Below are positions 1 to 10,143 of a DNA stretch of 64,000 bases, one piece after another (the stretch's first letter is position 1; every line of letters starts with the position of its first letter). The position numbers and the translations under genes were made by a program. Origin of the DNA: a virus; IMG/VR virus record IMGVR_UViG_3300042691_015921. One strand, given 5' to 3'. The notes under the pieces are model-generated. The model saw nothing but the letters and a program-made list of their open reading frames with translations. It had not been told where the DNA came from and ran no database searches.

Positions 1-81
1 ACCTCTAGATACAACTTTCCCGAATGCTTTTTGTATAGCTTTATCATTACTTAAATCAAGTTTCTTCTTTTCTTTAGACAT
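1..81 (-). CDS. N-terminal fragment of a gene running off the window (MSKEKKKLDLSNDKAIQKAFGKVV...), possibly RecA/UvsX-like
   Basis: ATG at 81 just after the stop of 86..583; I-x-K-x-FGK resembles the RecA N-terminus; only 27 codons visible. Confidence 0.3.
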   Translation of the reverse strand, partial: MSKEKKKLDLSNDKAIQKAFGKVVSRG

Positions 82-85
82 AAAT

Positions 86-583
86 TTATAAATCCTTCAA
101 TATATTTTTTTTACCAGAACGAAACGGCTTTGATATCTTTTCTGGTTCATTATAGCTTTCAATCAGTTCTTTATCAACGCGAGCGTTCTCAAACTTTTGA
201 ATGATAGGCTCAAGCTTTTTATCCTGTAGTTTAAAGATAAACTTAGCCTCATCAGATTTCAATGCCTTAATAATAGAGTCGGCATTAAACCTTTTTAACA
301 ATTTTGCAGCAGCAATGACTTGGCCTTTATAGGCACCATGCAATTTATTTCCAGTAATCCAGAATCTTTCTGGACATTTGCCGCTGTTAAAGAACTCATT
401 CCTTTTATCAAAAATAGTTTCAGCAAGGAAATTAGACGCAGTGATGTATCCTTCTTTGTACTTAGACTTGAAAGGAGTTTTATCACTGCGTTCTTTTGGT
501 TTGTTCTGTTTTCTACTTGTTGCCTCTGATTCTGTGGATGTGTTCAGAGAGCGGTCTGGTGGCTGTTTTTTTTGTCGCTTCAC
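86..583 (-). CDS. hypothetical phage protein (true start may be internal)
   Basis: ORF tightly packed between neighbours; no recognised motif. Confidence 0.6.
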   Translation of the reverse strand: MKRQKKQPPDRSLNTSTESEATSRKQNKPKERSDKTPFKSKYKEGYITASNFLAETIFDKRNEFFNSGKCPERFWITGNKLHGAYKGQVIAAAKLLKRFNADSIIKALKSDEAKFIFKLQDKKLEPIIQKFENARVDKELIESYNEPEKISKPFRSGKKNILKDL

Positions 584-827
584 CTCGTTCCGATGCCTCC
601 TTACTCATAATAGCATAGCCTCTTTTACTGTTGACCATCATCAACTTATCTATTGTATCTGGTCGCTTCACTTTGTCAAGACACTCTTTGTAGTAAGCTT
701 CGGCATATTCTGGACTACACTTTAGGTCTTCGCAAATAGATTCAAGAGTCATTTTATGACAGTTATGTTCTATATAAAATTTTTCTACTATGCATAAATC
801 ATGTGTTTGCTTTTTTGCTTTAGCCAT
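513..827 (-). CDS. hypothetical protein
   Basis: GGAG RBS upstream, packed operon. Confidence 0.65.
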   Translation of the reverse strand: MAKAKKQTHDLCIVEKFYIEHNCHKMTLESICEDLKCSPEYAEAYYKECLDKVKRPDTIDKLMMVNSKRGYAIMSKEASERGEATKKTATRPLSEHIHRIRGNK

Positions 828-831
828 TCTA

Positions 832-1047
832 TCACTCCTCTAATATAGCTTTAATTTTCTTTATCTTAGTTTTAATATCATTTAGACAATCTATATAAGA
901 ATTATGTTTCTTCTTATATTCAATCACAAAATTTTCTTGTTCTAAAAACTTTAACTCATCTTGATTTAGTGATCTTAAGAAGATATTAGTGTCATGATAT
1001 TCTCCAATATTAGGACTAATTAATATCACAGAATCAATATTTTCCAT
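832..1047 (-). CDS. hypothetical protein
   Basis: overlaps the end of the upstream gene; operon packing. Confidence 0.55.
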   Translation of the reverse strand: MENIDSVILISPNIGEYHDTNIFLRSLNQDELKFLEQENFVIEYKKKHNSYIDCLNDIKTKIKKIKAILEE

Positions 1048-1381
1048 CTTCTATGTATCTCCTTTTTTGTTCCTCATTCATAGAATTAATTTTAGATCTA
1101 ATTTCTTTTTTAGCTTCTTTAAGTGCTTCCTTCTTGCTGTCTTTATCTTTTAGAGATAATTCCTGCACTTTAGTTTTGCCCATTTTCTTAGAATTCTTTT
1201 CAGCTAATTGTCCGACAGTTGTAGGTTCTCCTTTTACAAAAACATATGGAATATGAATAACTCTATATAGAGTATCTTTTTCACAATTACTACATCTAAC
1301 CAGTGAATCTGACTTGATAGACTGATACACATCAGTCATTTCGTATTCACAGTTACTACATTTATAGTCATAATTTGGCAT
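1034..1381 (-). CDS. FmdB-family zinc-ribbon protein
   Basis: MPxYDYKCxxC...CxxC N-terminus typical of FmdB CxxC_CxxC_SSSS proteins. Confidence 0.8.
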   Translation of the reverse strand: MPNYDYKCSNCEYEMTDVYQSIKSDSLVRCSNCEKDTLYRVIHIPYVFVKGEPTTVGQLAEKNSKKMGKTKVQELSLKDKDSKKEALKEAKKEIRSKINSMNEEQKRRYIEDGKY

Positions 1382-2076
1382 TATTCCTCCAGTGCGTCCA
1401 ATACTCTGCCGAGTATTCCATTTCTCTGTATGTCATCTTTTGTCAGTCTACATATTCCAATACCTTCAATAGATGACAGTTTTGACAGAATAGTGCTAAG
1501 GCCGGTCATTTTTTTAATATCATGCTGTTTAATATCGCCGTTAACAATAACTTTTGAGTTTTTGCCCATTCTTGTTATAAACATTTTGATCTGTTCTAAA
1601 GTACAGTTTTGTGCCTCGTCTAGAATCATAAGAGAATTATGAAATGTGGCACCACGCATTAATTCTAATGGTTCATATCTAATACGTTCTTCATTAAAAT
1701 ATTTTCCATAATATATAGGACCAAAAAAGTCTTTTATATTTTCTTCTAATGGTTTAAAATATGGTGCTATCTTTTCTTTAAGTTCTCCCGGAACAGCACC
1801 AATGTCTTTTCCGGCAGCAACTAGAGGCCTAGTAGCGATTATCTGATTATAATTTCCAGAGTGTAAAAATTGTGCAAATAATCCAGCAGAAATATAAGAT
1901 TTACCACACCCCGCTGGACCAACGCATATAGTGATATCATTATTTAATATTGAATCTATATAGTTTTGATGATTTGCTGTTTTAGCCTCAACGGTTTTTA
2001 TTACACTTCTTTTATCTTGCTCTGCCTGCTTTTTGGTCTTGACCACTCTCTGATTTTTAGGTCTGCTTTTTCTCAT
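1381..2076 (-). CDS. phoH: PhoH-family ATPase
   Basis: GPAGCGKS Walker A, MRGATF, LDEAQN, TRMG, GDIKQ motifs. Confidence 0.95.
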   Translation of the reverse strand: MRKSRPKNQRVVKTKKQAEQDKRSVIKTVEAKTANHQNYIDSILNNDITICVGPAGCGKSYISAGLFAQFLHSGNYNQIIATRPLVAAGKDIGAVPGELKEKIAPYFKPLEENIKDFFGPIYYGKYFNEERIRYEPLELMRGATFHNSLMILDEAQNCTLEQIKMFITRMGKNSKVIVNGDIKQHDIKKMTGLSTILSKLSSIEGIGICRLTKDDIQRNGILGRVLDALEE

Positions 2077-2137
2077 GGTGTCTTCTTTATTAGAGTTGTG
2101 TTAATTTATTGAACACTAGATTATCTATCGTTTTCTT

Positions 2138-2452
2138 TTATAGAGAGTCCGACATTTGGCTCTTGATAAAGGATATCATGTCTAAAAGATTGATTTGTTC
2201 TACTCTGTTGTTATCAGAAGCTTGTAACATAGGCTGTCCTTCTTTGTCTACAAAAATACAAATGCCGTGAGCAAGTTTATTAAACTTATTATGATGAACA
2301 GAAAAACCTGCGTATTGACTGCTCTCATTTGGATTCACTTCTAGTCCTAGACTAACTTCTGAATTTCCAACCCATACTCCCTTGCCTTTTTTGTCTTTAG
2401 TCTCGTAGGTCGCTAGCACCTTGCTTAGTGCTGATTTTACTAATTTTGACAT
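2138..2452 (-). CDS. hypothetical protein
   Basis: AGGAG RBS, ATG start. Confidence 0.65.
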   Translation of the reverse strand: MSKLVKSALSKVLATYETKDKKGKGVWVGNSEVSLGLEVNPNESSQYAGFSVHHNKFNKLAHGICIFVDKEGQPMLQASDNNRVEQINLLDMISFIKSQMSDSL

Positions 2453-2477
2453 TATTATATATCTCCTTTTTGTTTAA

Positions 2478-3419
2478 TTATGCTAGATCAGACACATCTG
2501 TTTTAGACCAAAACTTACAACTCCAATATCTAGCTTTCCATTTTGGTCCTGGGCTAGTATCGCATTGGTGTCTAGCACGGAACCTTTTTCTGCTTTCTGG
2601 ATCATCTCTTTTTATAGACATGTTTGGATCACCAAAGTTTACTTTTACAACATTACCCTTATCATTCTTAACATATACTGAGAACTTTTTTGGACCCTTT
2701 GGCGTTCTAAAGGGTTTATTTAGTTGAACTTTTTTGCCTTTGTTTTCAGCAGCGTACAATGTTGGCATTGCTTCTGTTTCTGGACCTTCCATTTCAGAAG
2801 GTTCTTCTACTTCGTCTTCATCCTCTTCTTCTGAATATTCATCTGTTTTACTAGCATAGAATACAGAGTCAAATATTGCTTCGATATAATGTTCTGCTTT
2901 TGAAATTTTATCTTTAGCCCATTCTTCAAATTCAACGGGAACTGATTCTAAAAGTTTAACAAGCATCATTAATTGTTGATGCATCTTATTAATTTGATTA
3001 ACCTGCATTGAATTATCTTCATCAGATTGTGCCTTTTTCCAAGATGTTGGGTCTGGCCTGTCTTTATCTCCGGGCTTTGCGGGCTTATAATTTTTACCTT
3101 CTCTCTTCTTCTTCTTACGGATGTTTTCCCAAAGTCCAGGCTTTTCATCTTCTCCGATAATATAAACTTCTGGCTGTTCATCAAAATCAAGATATTCCGA
3201 ATCACTAGGAATATAATCTATAATGGATTCAGTTGACCCAAAAGTTTGTTCATAATAGGTATCTTCTACTTGTTGTAGCTGTGACCCTTTTGCTGAACTC
3301 TGGCATACAGCATATCTTTGTGCATTATCTGGATAATCCTTGTTCATTGTAGAATCGCCCATACATCTAGATAAAAAATCTGCCCTGTCTTCATCTTTTC
3401 TTCTTTTTGGAATTGGCAT
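2478..3419 (-). CDS. modular phage protein with alternating basic and acidic blocks (possible internal head protein)
   Basis: short motif blocks (FLSRCMGD; PGLWENIR; WAKDKISKAEHY; LNKPFR...FGDPNM...FRARHQC...ARYWSC) separated by Glu-rich linkers. Confidence 0.6.
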   Translation of the reverse strand: MPIPKRRKDEDRADFLSRCMGDSTMNKDYPDNAQRYAVCQSSAKGSQLQQVEDTYYEQTFGSTESIIDYIPSDSEYLDFDEQPEVYIIGEDEKPGLWENIRKKKKREGKNYKPAKPGDKDRPDPTSWKKAQSDEDNSMQVNQINKMHQQLMMLVKLLESVPVEFEEWAKDKISKAEHYIEAIFDSVFYASKTDEYSEEEDEDEVEEPSEMEGPETEAMPTLYAAENKGKKVQLNKPFRTPKGPKKFSVYVKNDKGNVVKVNFGDPNMSIKRDDPESRKRFRARHQCDTSPGPKWKARYWSCKFWSKTDVSDLA

Positions 3420-3427
3420 AGTTTACC

Positions 3428-3730
3428 TCATAGATCTTTTTCTTTAACGAATACGCCATCAATCATTTTGCCTTTACGATCTTTAATATCATTGTAAGCT
3501 TGCTCTAGGCATTCTTCCAGCGTAATCTTATTTCTTGCGGTTAAATTTAACATAACAACTAACATATCGCCTATATCATCACGAATATCTCGGCCCTTAC
3601 AAACACTATCTGATAATTCTCCAAGTTCTTGTAGCAGTTTTAGAGTTTGATCTTTATCACTACTTCCATCAATTAGATTTCTATCATGGTGCCATGTAAC
3701 TACTTTATCAATCAAATCATTCAAATTCAT
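3428..3730 (-). CDS. MazG-like nucleotide pyrophosphohydrolase
   Basis: KLLQELGEL...DDIGD...AYNDIKDRKG MazG-like signature. Confidence 0.85.
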   Translation of the reverse strand: MNLNDLIDKVVTWHHDRNLIDGSSDKDQTLKLLQELGELSDSVCKGRDIRDDIGDMLVVMLNLTARNKITLEECLEQAYNDIKDRKGKMIDGVFVKEKDL

Positions 3731-4800
3731 AGTGTCATATCTCCAAAGTCAATATCGCTCAAATCGTTTTTACTTGCACCAATTTTATATGAAGTTATTT
3801 CATGTTCTTGTGGTGCTACTTGTACGCTTTCGCTATTCATCCAGGGCTCTGTCCATCCAGCGATAGGATTCTTTCCAACGCTTTCATATGGAAGGCCAAT
3901 GTTCTTACGCCTTGACATACAGAGCCAATCAATATACTGATGTAATACATTTTCATTCAGTCCAATGATAGAGCCGTCTTTAAATAGATAAGATGCCCAT
4001 TCTTTTTCTTCCTGTGCGGCACTTTCAAACATTTTGATAGCTAGTTCTTCGCACTGCTTGGCTGTTTGGACAAAACCCTCAGACTCTTCCCTTTGTAGAA
4101 TTTTGATTATTTCCTGAGTATTCTTAAGATGTAGAGCCTCGTCACGCTTTATCAACTTTATTATATCTGCGTTGCCAGCCATCTTCTTATTTTCTGCAAA
4201 AGCAAAAGAGCAAACAAAACTTACATAAAATCTTACTGCTTCAAGTATATTAATACTTACCAATGTCATATAGATTTGTTTTTTTAGATCGGCAGTTTTA
4301 GTGCTACCTGAATCCATGCCCATTAAATTGTTATAGTCTTCAATTGCTCTCTTCGCTCTTTTAATGATTTCAATATCATCATAGATACCGCCAAATACTT
4401 CTGAACTATCAGAATATACATTTTGTATAATATAACTATAACTTTGTGAATGAATTTTTTCAAAAAATTGCCATGTCATTAGACATGCTTCTAGTTCAGT
4501 ATTTGTAACATATTCTAGTAAAGTGGGAACTCCTCGACAGATAACACTATCAAGCATTGTTTGATACTTAAGATTAGATGTGAATATAAACTTCTCGTTT
4601 TTACTTAGAGTCTGAAAATCAGATCTATCTTTCTTAAGTTCTATTTCCTCTGGACGCCAGAAGTTCATCATCTGCTTACTATCAAGTTCTTTAAATATTG
4701 GATATTTAACTATATCATACCTCTGCACACCAAGATCTTTACCAAGGAATAGAGGCTGAGTCATTGGATCAACGTTCTTTGTATTAAAGATTGTTTTCAT
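3727..4800 (-). CDS. nrdB: ribonucleotide reductase class Ia beta subunit
   Basis: FWRPEE, LDSV, EKIHSQSY, LEAVRFY, RDEALH metal ligands, C-terminal APQE.EITSY; ATG at 4800 overlaps the nrdA stop. Confidence 0.97.
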   Translation of the reverse strand: MKTIFNTKNVDPMTQPLFLGKDLGVQRYDIVKYPIFKELDSKQMMNFWRPEEIELKKDRSDFQTLSKNEKFIFTSNLKYQTMLDSVICRGVPTLLEYVTNTELEACLMTWQFFEKIHSQSYSYIIQNVYSDSSEVFGGIYDDIEIIKRAKRAIEDYNNLMGMDSGSTKTADLKKQIYMTLVSINILEAVRFYVSFVCSFAFAENKKMAGNADIIKLIKRDEALHLKNTQEIIKILQREESEGFVQTAKQCEELAIKMFESAAQEEKEWASYLFKDGSIIGLNENVLHQYIDWLCMSRRKNIGLPYESVGKNPIAGWTEPWMNSESVQVAPQEHEITSYKIGASKNDLSDIDFGDMTL

Positions 4801-7025
4801 ATTGCACAACTCCCACTTTCACAATTTGTTTCTTTTTCTGTTTCGCCGTCACCATCTGGAGAATTAGCATAGTAGAAATTCTTGATCCCATACTTATAAC
4901 CATAGATTTGATCTTTTATCAAAACACTCAATGGAATATTTCCATCTGGATAATGTGCATAATTATAATAAAGATTAACACTTATACTCATGTCTACAAA
5001 CTTCTGGATAATAGCAGCTATATTTAATATAGACTTATTATCTTTTAGGTTCCATGCAATTGTATAGTAATTTTTACGGGTATAGAAGTTTGGAACCAAC
5101 TGCTTTAGCACACCATTCTTCGCCTTTTTATATGACAATAGATTTCTTACAGGCTCTATACCATTGGTGCTATTCTGTATGACAGAACTGCTCTCACATG
5201 GCATTATAGCCGATAAAGTTGAGTGTCGCAATCCAAATCTTGCAACCCTATCCCGTAATGATTCCCAATCCATTTTGTACACTGGCTTGATAATTTCATC
5301 TACAGACTTCTTATACCAATCAATCGGTAATAATCCTTTAGCGTATTTTGTATCATTAAACTTTGGACATTTACCTTTTTCCTGTGCAAGTTCACAACTA
5401 GCATTAATTAAATGCCATTGAATTTTTTCCATAAGTTCATGTATAACCTGTAATGTCTCTGGATTATCATAGAATAACTTATTCTTAGCAAGAAATCCGG
5501 CGAGATTTGTTATTCCTATCCCAAGAGAGCGACGGTTCTTTGTAAAGTTTTCACCAGCTAATACTGGATAGTCTTGATAATCTATTACTGAGTCTAGAGT
5601 TCTTACGGCGATTCGGCAAGCCCTCTCAATATCGGAATCATCAGATAATTCAAGTACATTTAGTGCGGCTAGAATACAAATTCCAATTTCACCATTTGGA
5701 TCGTCAATAGATTGAATTGGCTTAGTTGGGTGTACTATTTCCTGGCAGAGATTTGACATATAACAAGGAATTGACCAAGATCCATGTTCATTAGCATTGT
5801 CAATATTCATTGTATAAATACGTCCAGTTTCTAGTCTTTCTCTAGAAAATATTTCTGCTAACTTACGAGATGAAATTTTCTTCTTAAATTTAATATGTCT
5901 TGAATTTTCATATTTTAGATATAAAGTTTCGAACTTTTCATTATTACCAAACGCCTCATATAATCCAACGGCTTCATGCGGACTGAATAGAGTAATGTCT
6001 TCATTCTTAATCAATCTATCATAAAATAGCTTGCAGAATTGTATGGAATAATCCAGCTTTCTAACTCTATTATCGTCTGTTCCAGCATTATTTTTGAGAA
6101 CTAGAATATCTTCAATTTCATAATGCCAAAATGGAACATGAACCGTAGCAGAACCGCCACGTAGTCCGTTTTGGCTAGTAGACTTTACTGCTGATTCGAA
6201 GTTCTTTAAATAGGGAATAAGTCCAGTATGGATTACTTCACCGCCGCGAATTGGAGAATTGATAGGACGCATTCTTCCAATATTTAATCCAATACCGGCA
6301 CGACGGGCAGTATATTTGCCTACGGCATGAAGGCTGGAGAATATAGCGTCTAGATTATCGTCAACGTCAACTAGGACGCAACTAGCAAACTGGCGGATAT
6401 TAGTTCTTACGCCGGCCATAATAGGTGTTGGCAAATTGACTTGGAATGTAGAATAGCAATCGTAGGCTTCCTTTACTTCCTCTATGGTATTAAATAGACA
6501 CATAGCAATACACATATATGCAAACTGAGGAGTCTCATATATTTTGCTAGTAGTTCTATTCTTTACTAGATATTTATCAATTAATTGCTGTAGACCAGAG
6601 TATGTAAATAGATTATCTCTATCGTGATTTATAAGTTTTTCAATAGTTCTAACGTCATCATTTGACCATTTTTGTAAAATAATCTGATCGTATACTCCGT
6701 TATCAACATTTAGTTGTAAGAAATGAAGAAAGTCCATTGGCTTATCACCATATCCCCAAACCGTCTTTCTTAGGTGCATATTTAGTAGTCTAGCAGCTAC
6801 ATATTGATAATTTGGAGACGATGTAGATATCAGGTCATTGGCGGATTTAATCAATATCTGATGGATTTCCTCACTAGTAATGCCATCGTATAATGCAAGA
6901 TTTGCATTCATTTCAATATCAGAAAATGATACGCCAGATATATCATTAGTAGCCCATTCTAGAACCTTATGGATTTTCTCAACAGAAAACTCTTCTTTCT
7001 CCCCATTCCTTTTTTGCACTTTCAT
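4797..7025 (-). CDS. nrdA: ribonucleotide reductase class Ia alpha subunit with ATP cone
   Basis: VQKRNG ATP cone, PTPIM, ASCVL, SNLCQEI active site, C-terminal CESGSC. Confidence 0.97.
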   Translation of the reverse strand: MKVQKRNGEKEEFSVEKIHKVLEWATNDISGVSFSDIEMNANLALYDGITSEEIHQILIKSANDLISTSSPNYQYVAARLLNMHLRKTVWGYGDKPMDFLHFLQLNVDNGVYDQIILQKWSNDDVRTIEKLINHDRDNLFTYSGLQQLIDKYLVKNRTTSKIYETPQFAYMCIAMCLFNTIEEVKEAYDCYSTFQVNLPTPIMAGVRTNIRQFASCVLVDVDDNLDAIFSSLHAVGKYTARRAGIGLNIGRMRPINSPIRGGEVIHTGLIPYLKNFESAVKSTSQNGLRGGSATVHVPFWHYEIEDILVLKNNAGTDDNRVRKLDYSIQFCKLFYDRLIKNEDITLFSPHEAVGLYEAFGNNEKFETLYLKYENSRHIKFKKKISSRKLAEIFSRERLETGRIYTMNIDNANEHGSWSIPCYMSNLCQEIVHPTKPIQSIDDPNGEIGICILAALNVLELSDDSDIERACRIAVRTLDSVIDYQDYPVLAGENFTKNRRSLGIGITNLAGFLAKNKLFYDNPETLQVIHELMEKIQWHLINASCELAQEKGKCPKFNDTKYAKGLLPIDWYKKSVDEIIKPVYKMDWESLRDRVARFGLRHSTLSAIMPCESSSVIQNSTNGIEPVRNLLSYKKAKNGVLKQLVPNFYTRKNYYTIAWNLKDNKSILNIAAIIQKFVDMSISVNLYYNYAHYPDGNIPLSVLIKDQIYGYKYGIKNFYYANSPDGDGETEKETNCESGSCAI

Positions 7026-7046
7026 AATCGGTCCTTATTCGGTAAT

Positions 7047-7103
7047 AAAAAAACCCGTCCTTTATGCACGTTTCCTCACATGGAAGGAAGAGGTGCGACG
7101 GGT
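7047..7103 (-). terminator. extended imperfect hairpin followed by a U-tract directly upstream of nrdA
   Basis: minus strand ACCCGTC-GCAC-..TTCCT..AGGAA..GTGC-ATAAAG-GACGGGT-TTTTTT. Confidence 0.6.
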
Positions 7104-7139
7104 ATGTTGGTTCACTATTATATCTACTGTCTTCAAATG

Positions 7140-7799
7140 TCAAGCCGTAAAATAAAGAGATGGCTTTTTGACAAGTTGATCTAAAAATCTCTTAACAACC
7201 CAATTGATGATAGCTGGGAGAAAGAAATATAGCAATATTAAAGCCACGGATGATGATTTTGGCTCTACTTTTTTAGAATTGATTATATTTTCATATACAA
7301 AGTTTTTGCAATCTTGATACAACTGATTTTTGCTTTTTTCATCGCATTGTTTGAAGTCCACTCCTCCATTGCTGGCAAGAGTAGCCCATTCATTTGCATA
7401 ATTCAATGCAAGTTCTGCAACTGTTTTTCTTTTATTGTCTGGATATTGTGTAGCAATTTCTTGTTTTATTTTTTCTAAATTTACAAGAGGAGGGCTTCCA
7501 AATCTTTGTTCACTAGTGTCTTCATTATATGAGAAATTAATATCTGGAAAATGCTTTAGCTTAATTGATCCTCCGTCTTGTCCCAATATTATTCCCTCTA
7601 CTTCTGCCTTAATAGAAAGAAATAATTTCTTTGTTTTTACAGCAGGTAAATTATTTAAGAATAATACTTGAACAGAGTTATCTTTCTTTTCAACTTTAAT
7701 AGTTGTTGAATTTGGAATAAAGATAGAAAATTTTGATATGGAATATCCATTTTTTGAAAAAGCTTGATATATAGCTTCTTTTATTTTAATTAGGTCCAT
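7140..7799 (-). CDS. hypothetical protein with C-terminal hydrophobic segment
   Basis: VALILLYFFLPAIINWVV segment. Confidence 0.65.
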   Translation of the reverse strand: MDLIKIKEAIYQAFSKNGYSISKFSIFIPNSTTIKVEKKDNSVQVLFLNNLPAVKTKKLFLSIKAEVEGIILGQDGGSIKLKHFPDINFSYNEDTSEQRFGSPPLVNLEKIKQEIATQYPDNKRKTVAELALNYANEWATLASNGGVDFKQCDEKSKNQLYQDCKNFVYENIINSKKVEPKSSSVALILLYFFLPAIINWVVKRFLDQLVKKPSLYFTA

Positions 7800-7800
7800 T

Positions 7801-8271
7801 TCACTTTCTTTCTATTAGACACCATGATAGTCCAGAAAATAATTGCTTTAGAGTTTTCTTTTCATAGTCGGTGACTATATGGTTTTCATCAGCTAGAACT
7901 GACTGGAAAAGACTGGTTAATTCAGTAGATAGTTTTGGATATTTACCACGTAGAGAATCACCAAAAAACTTAGAAGCCGCTTTTACGTATAGATCATTTA
8001 TCTGCTGAGAATCTGTCTTATATTTGAGTATTCTTTCGCAGAATTCATAATTGAATAATGCTATTTTTGCCCTATCTTCATTCTCCGTAACTAGATCGGC
8101 AATTGGCCTAACTTTGTTTAGTATTTCTTCTGATGGTTTTTCAATATTCAATATTGAACTTACTTCATCAACCTCGTTTGGAACAATATTTGGAACGAAT
8201 TCTGGAACTGATCCAAAGAACACAAATACAATTAGTCCAATAGCGAAAATCGTCTTAAGAGTTTTAATCAT
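7801..8271 (-). CDS. membrane-anchored/secreted hypothetical protein
   Basis: N-terminal hydrophobic segment. Confidence 0.65.
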   Translation of the reverse strand: MIKTLKTIFAIGLIVFVFFGSVPEFVPNIVPNEVDEVSSILNIEKPSEEILNKVRPIADLVTENEDRAKIALFNYEFCERILKYKTDSQQINDLYVKAASKFFGDSLRGKYPKLSTELTSLFQSVLADENHIVTDYEKKTLKQLFSGLSWCLIERK

Positions 8272-8272
8272 A

Positions 8273-8563
8273 TTATTTCTCCTCTAAATTATCATTTAGA
8301 AGCGGAAATACCTCGTCTAATTTTTGCGATGCTGAAACTAATTTTGACTCATCGCACCTTCTTTTTAGCAAGTACCACAATTCAAGAGTTTTTAGAAATT
8401 CAGCACTATTTTCTTTGTCTACAGCAGTATCTACATTAACAACCGTATTTGGACTGTCTTTAACTAAAAACTTTCCAATTAAGTAGGAGAAGTCTATATT
8501 GGATAGCAAAAGTCCTACGGCAATTACTAGGGCAATGCCCTTTATTATAAGGTTCGTGTCCAT
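8273..8563 (-). CDS. small membrane-anchored protein
   Basis: N-terminal TM segment. Confidence 0.65.
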   Translation of the reverse strand: MDTNLIIKGIALVIAVGLLLSNIDFSYLIGKFLVKDSPNTVVNVDTAVDKENSAEFLKTLELWYLLKRRCDESKLVSASQKLDEVFPLLNDNLEEK

Positions 8564-8979
8564 TACTTGATCTCAACTTTCTTGCATTGGCATGGTTTGC
8601 AACCGCATTTTGTTTCACATTGGCATGTAGTTTTTGTTGTCATCAAATTGCATTTTCCATCTGGGCAATTTTTAACCTGTGGAAGATCTTGCTTGGAATG
8701 ATATGGGCATGGGGTTGTATGAGTATCTCCATGGATAACTATTCCTGTGCCTTTACAAGCACATTTTTTAGGATCTGGATCGGTAACTGGACCATCATCT
8801 GGTTTTGGAACCGGTAGTATATTATATACTTCCTTTTCAGCAGAGTCAAATGCATTAGATATTTCTAGTCTCCATTTGCTCGCTAGGCTAGAATAATTTT
8901 GCAATATATCTTCGCTAAAACAATTCAATGAATAGCTAGCCAATAGAAATGTCGATATTAGTATTATATTTTTTTTCAT
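8563..8979 (-). CDS. secreted Cys-rich protein
   Basis: signal peptide, CxCKGTG..CPYH, CPDGKC and C-terminal Cys cluster. Confidence 0.65.
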   Translation of the reverse strand: MKKNIILISTFLLASYSLNCFSEDILQNYSSLASKWRLEISNAFDSAEKEVYNILPVPKPDDGPVTDPDPKKCACKGTGIVIHGDTHTTPCPYHSKQDLPQVKNCPDGKCNLMTTKTTCQCETKCGCKPCQCKKVEIK

Positions 8980-8992
8980 TTTTATTCCAATA

Positions 8993-9919
8993 TTAAAATA
9001 CAGTATCTAACGTCCATGTTACTTTTCTTGGGGGAAATCCATCAACGTCACTAAATGCCCATGAGCCATCTTGTGATAGCATACCTGCGGCATCGCTTTC
9101 TCTAATCCAGAAACTTCCATCGGGCTGATCATGCCGTTTTTCACCGCCATTCCACACGCCCCAAGAATTTTGAACCAGAAAAAGTGTTTCATTATATATT
9201 TCATGAGTATCATCTACTGCAATCCATGCCATGGCATGATTCCAAGAACCGCTTCTTCTAGCTATGCCATATTGATCTCTACGTGAACTGAATCCATAAT
9301 TACTACACACCGATAAGGCATAACCGTTAGCAATAGCGTCTCTTGCTTCTTCTACTGTCTTAACAAGACTGGCAGTTTTAACTTGGTGTTTTTGTGCTTC
9401 TGTTATTAAAGAGGATGGTACTCCTCTACTGCCCCATCCAGCACCTAGATGACCATTGTAAACAGATAGGTCTATACTATCATATTTACGTCTTAGAAGT
9501 ATACCACCACTTTGACGAAGGAATCTGACCGCTTGAGAGCCAGTCATTCCCTCTCCGCTAAAGCCCCTAGAACCATATATTCCCTCCGTGGCACCTCTGG
9601 CAACGAACTCTTCTCGTTCGCCTCCAATTATTTCATGGCATCTAGTAATGTCTACAGCGTTCCTGCCAGCATGGGAAACACAATCTCCGACTACTTGTCT
9701 TTCGTGAGATCCAAATGTAGGATCAAACTTTTGCACTGACTTGAAAAGTAATGATAACTTCCCTTTACCAGTACCATAAAGACCATAAGCGGCAGCACCG
9801 AAAATTGGGTGTTTTAACTCACCAAGTAAACGGTCTGTATCTTCTGGATCTTTTATAAAACCCATAAAGCCATCTTTATAGGCTTTTAATAAATCTGTAG
9901 GTTTATCAAACATTGTCAT
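8993..9919 (-). CDS. papain-like (C1 family) cysteine peptidase
   Basis: Q-x-x-G-D-C (oxyanion Q and catalytic C), NHAM (His), QNSWG (Asn). Confidence 0.85.
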   Translation of the reverse strand: MTMFDKPTDLLKAYKDGFMGFIKDPEDTDRLLGELKHPIFGAAAYGLYGTGKGKLSLLFKSVQKFDPTFGSHERQVVGDCVSHAGRNAVDITRCHEIIGGEREEFVARGATEGIYGSRGFSGEGMTGSQAVRFLRQSGGILLRRKYDSIDLSVYNGHLGAGWGSRGVPSSLITEAQKHQVKTASLVKTVEEARDAIANGYALSVCSNYGFSSRRDQYGIARRSGSWNHAMAWIAVDDTHEIYNETLFLVQNSWGVWNGGEKRHDQPDGSFWIRESDAAGMLSQDGSWAFSDVDGFPPRKVTWTLDTVF

Positions 9920-10134
9920 ACCTTTTCGGATTTGGTATTATCATTTACCCATTTAACAGAGGAGTCAATTAATACTGTGATTACAGGAACAAGCATTACG
10001 CCAAGAGGACCAAGATCTATTTTAGTTAGATTTTGTCCAGCATATGTAAGAAATGCGGCAACGCCAACAAGTGCTGCGTTTTTGACTACTTTAAGTAGAT
10101 CGGACTTATTGAATGAAAAAGATTTAGAACCCAT
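9916..10134 (-). CDS. small two-TM membrane protein (holin-like)
   Basis: 72 aa, two hydrophobic helices, charged C-terminus. Confidence 0.5.
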   Translation of the reverse strand: MGSKSFSFNKSDLLKVVKNAALVGVAAFLTYAGQNLTKIDLGPLGVMLVPVITVLIDSSVKWVNDNTKSEKV

Positions 10135-10143
10135 GATATTCTC

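Noticed and set aside
4797-7025. Intein or intron in nrdA/nrdB
   Set aside because: Lengths and motif spacing are normal
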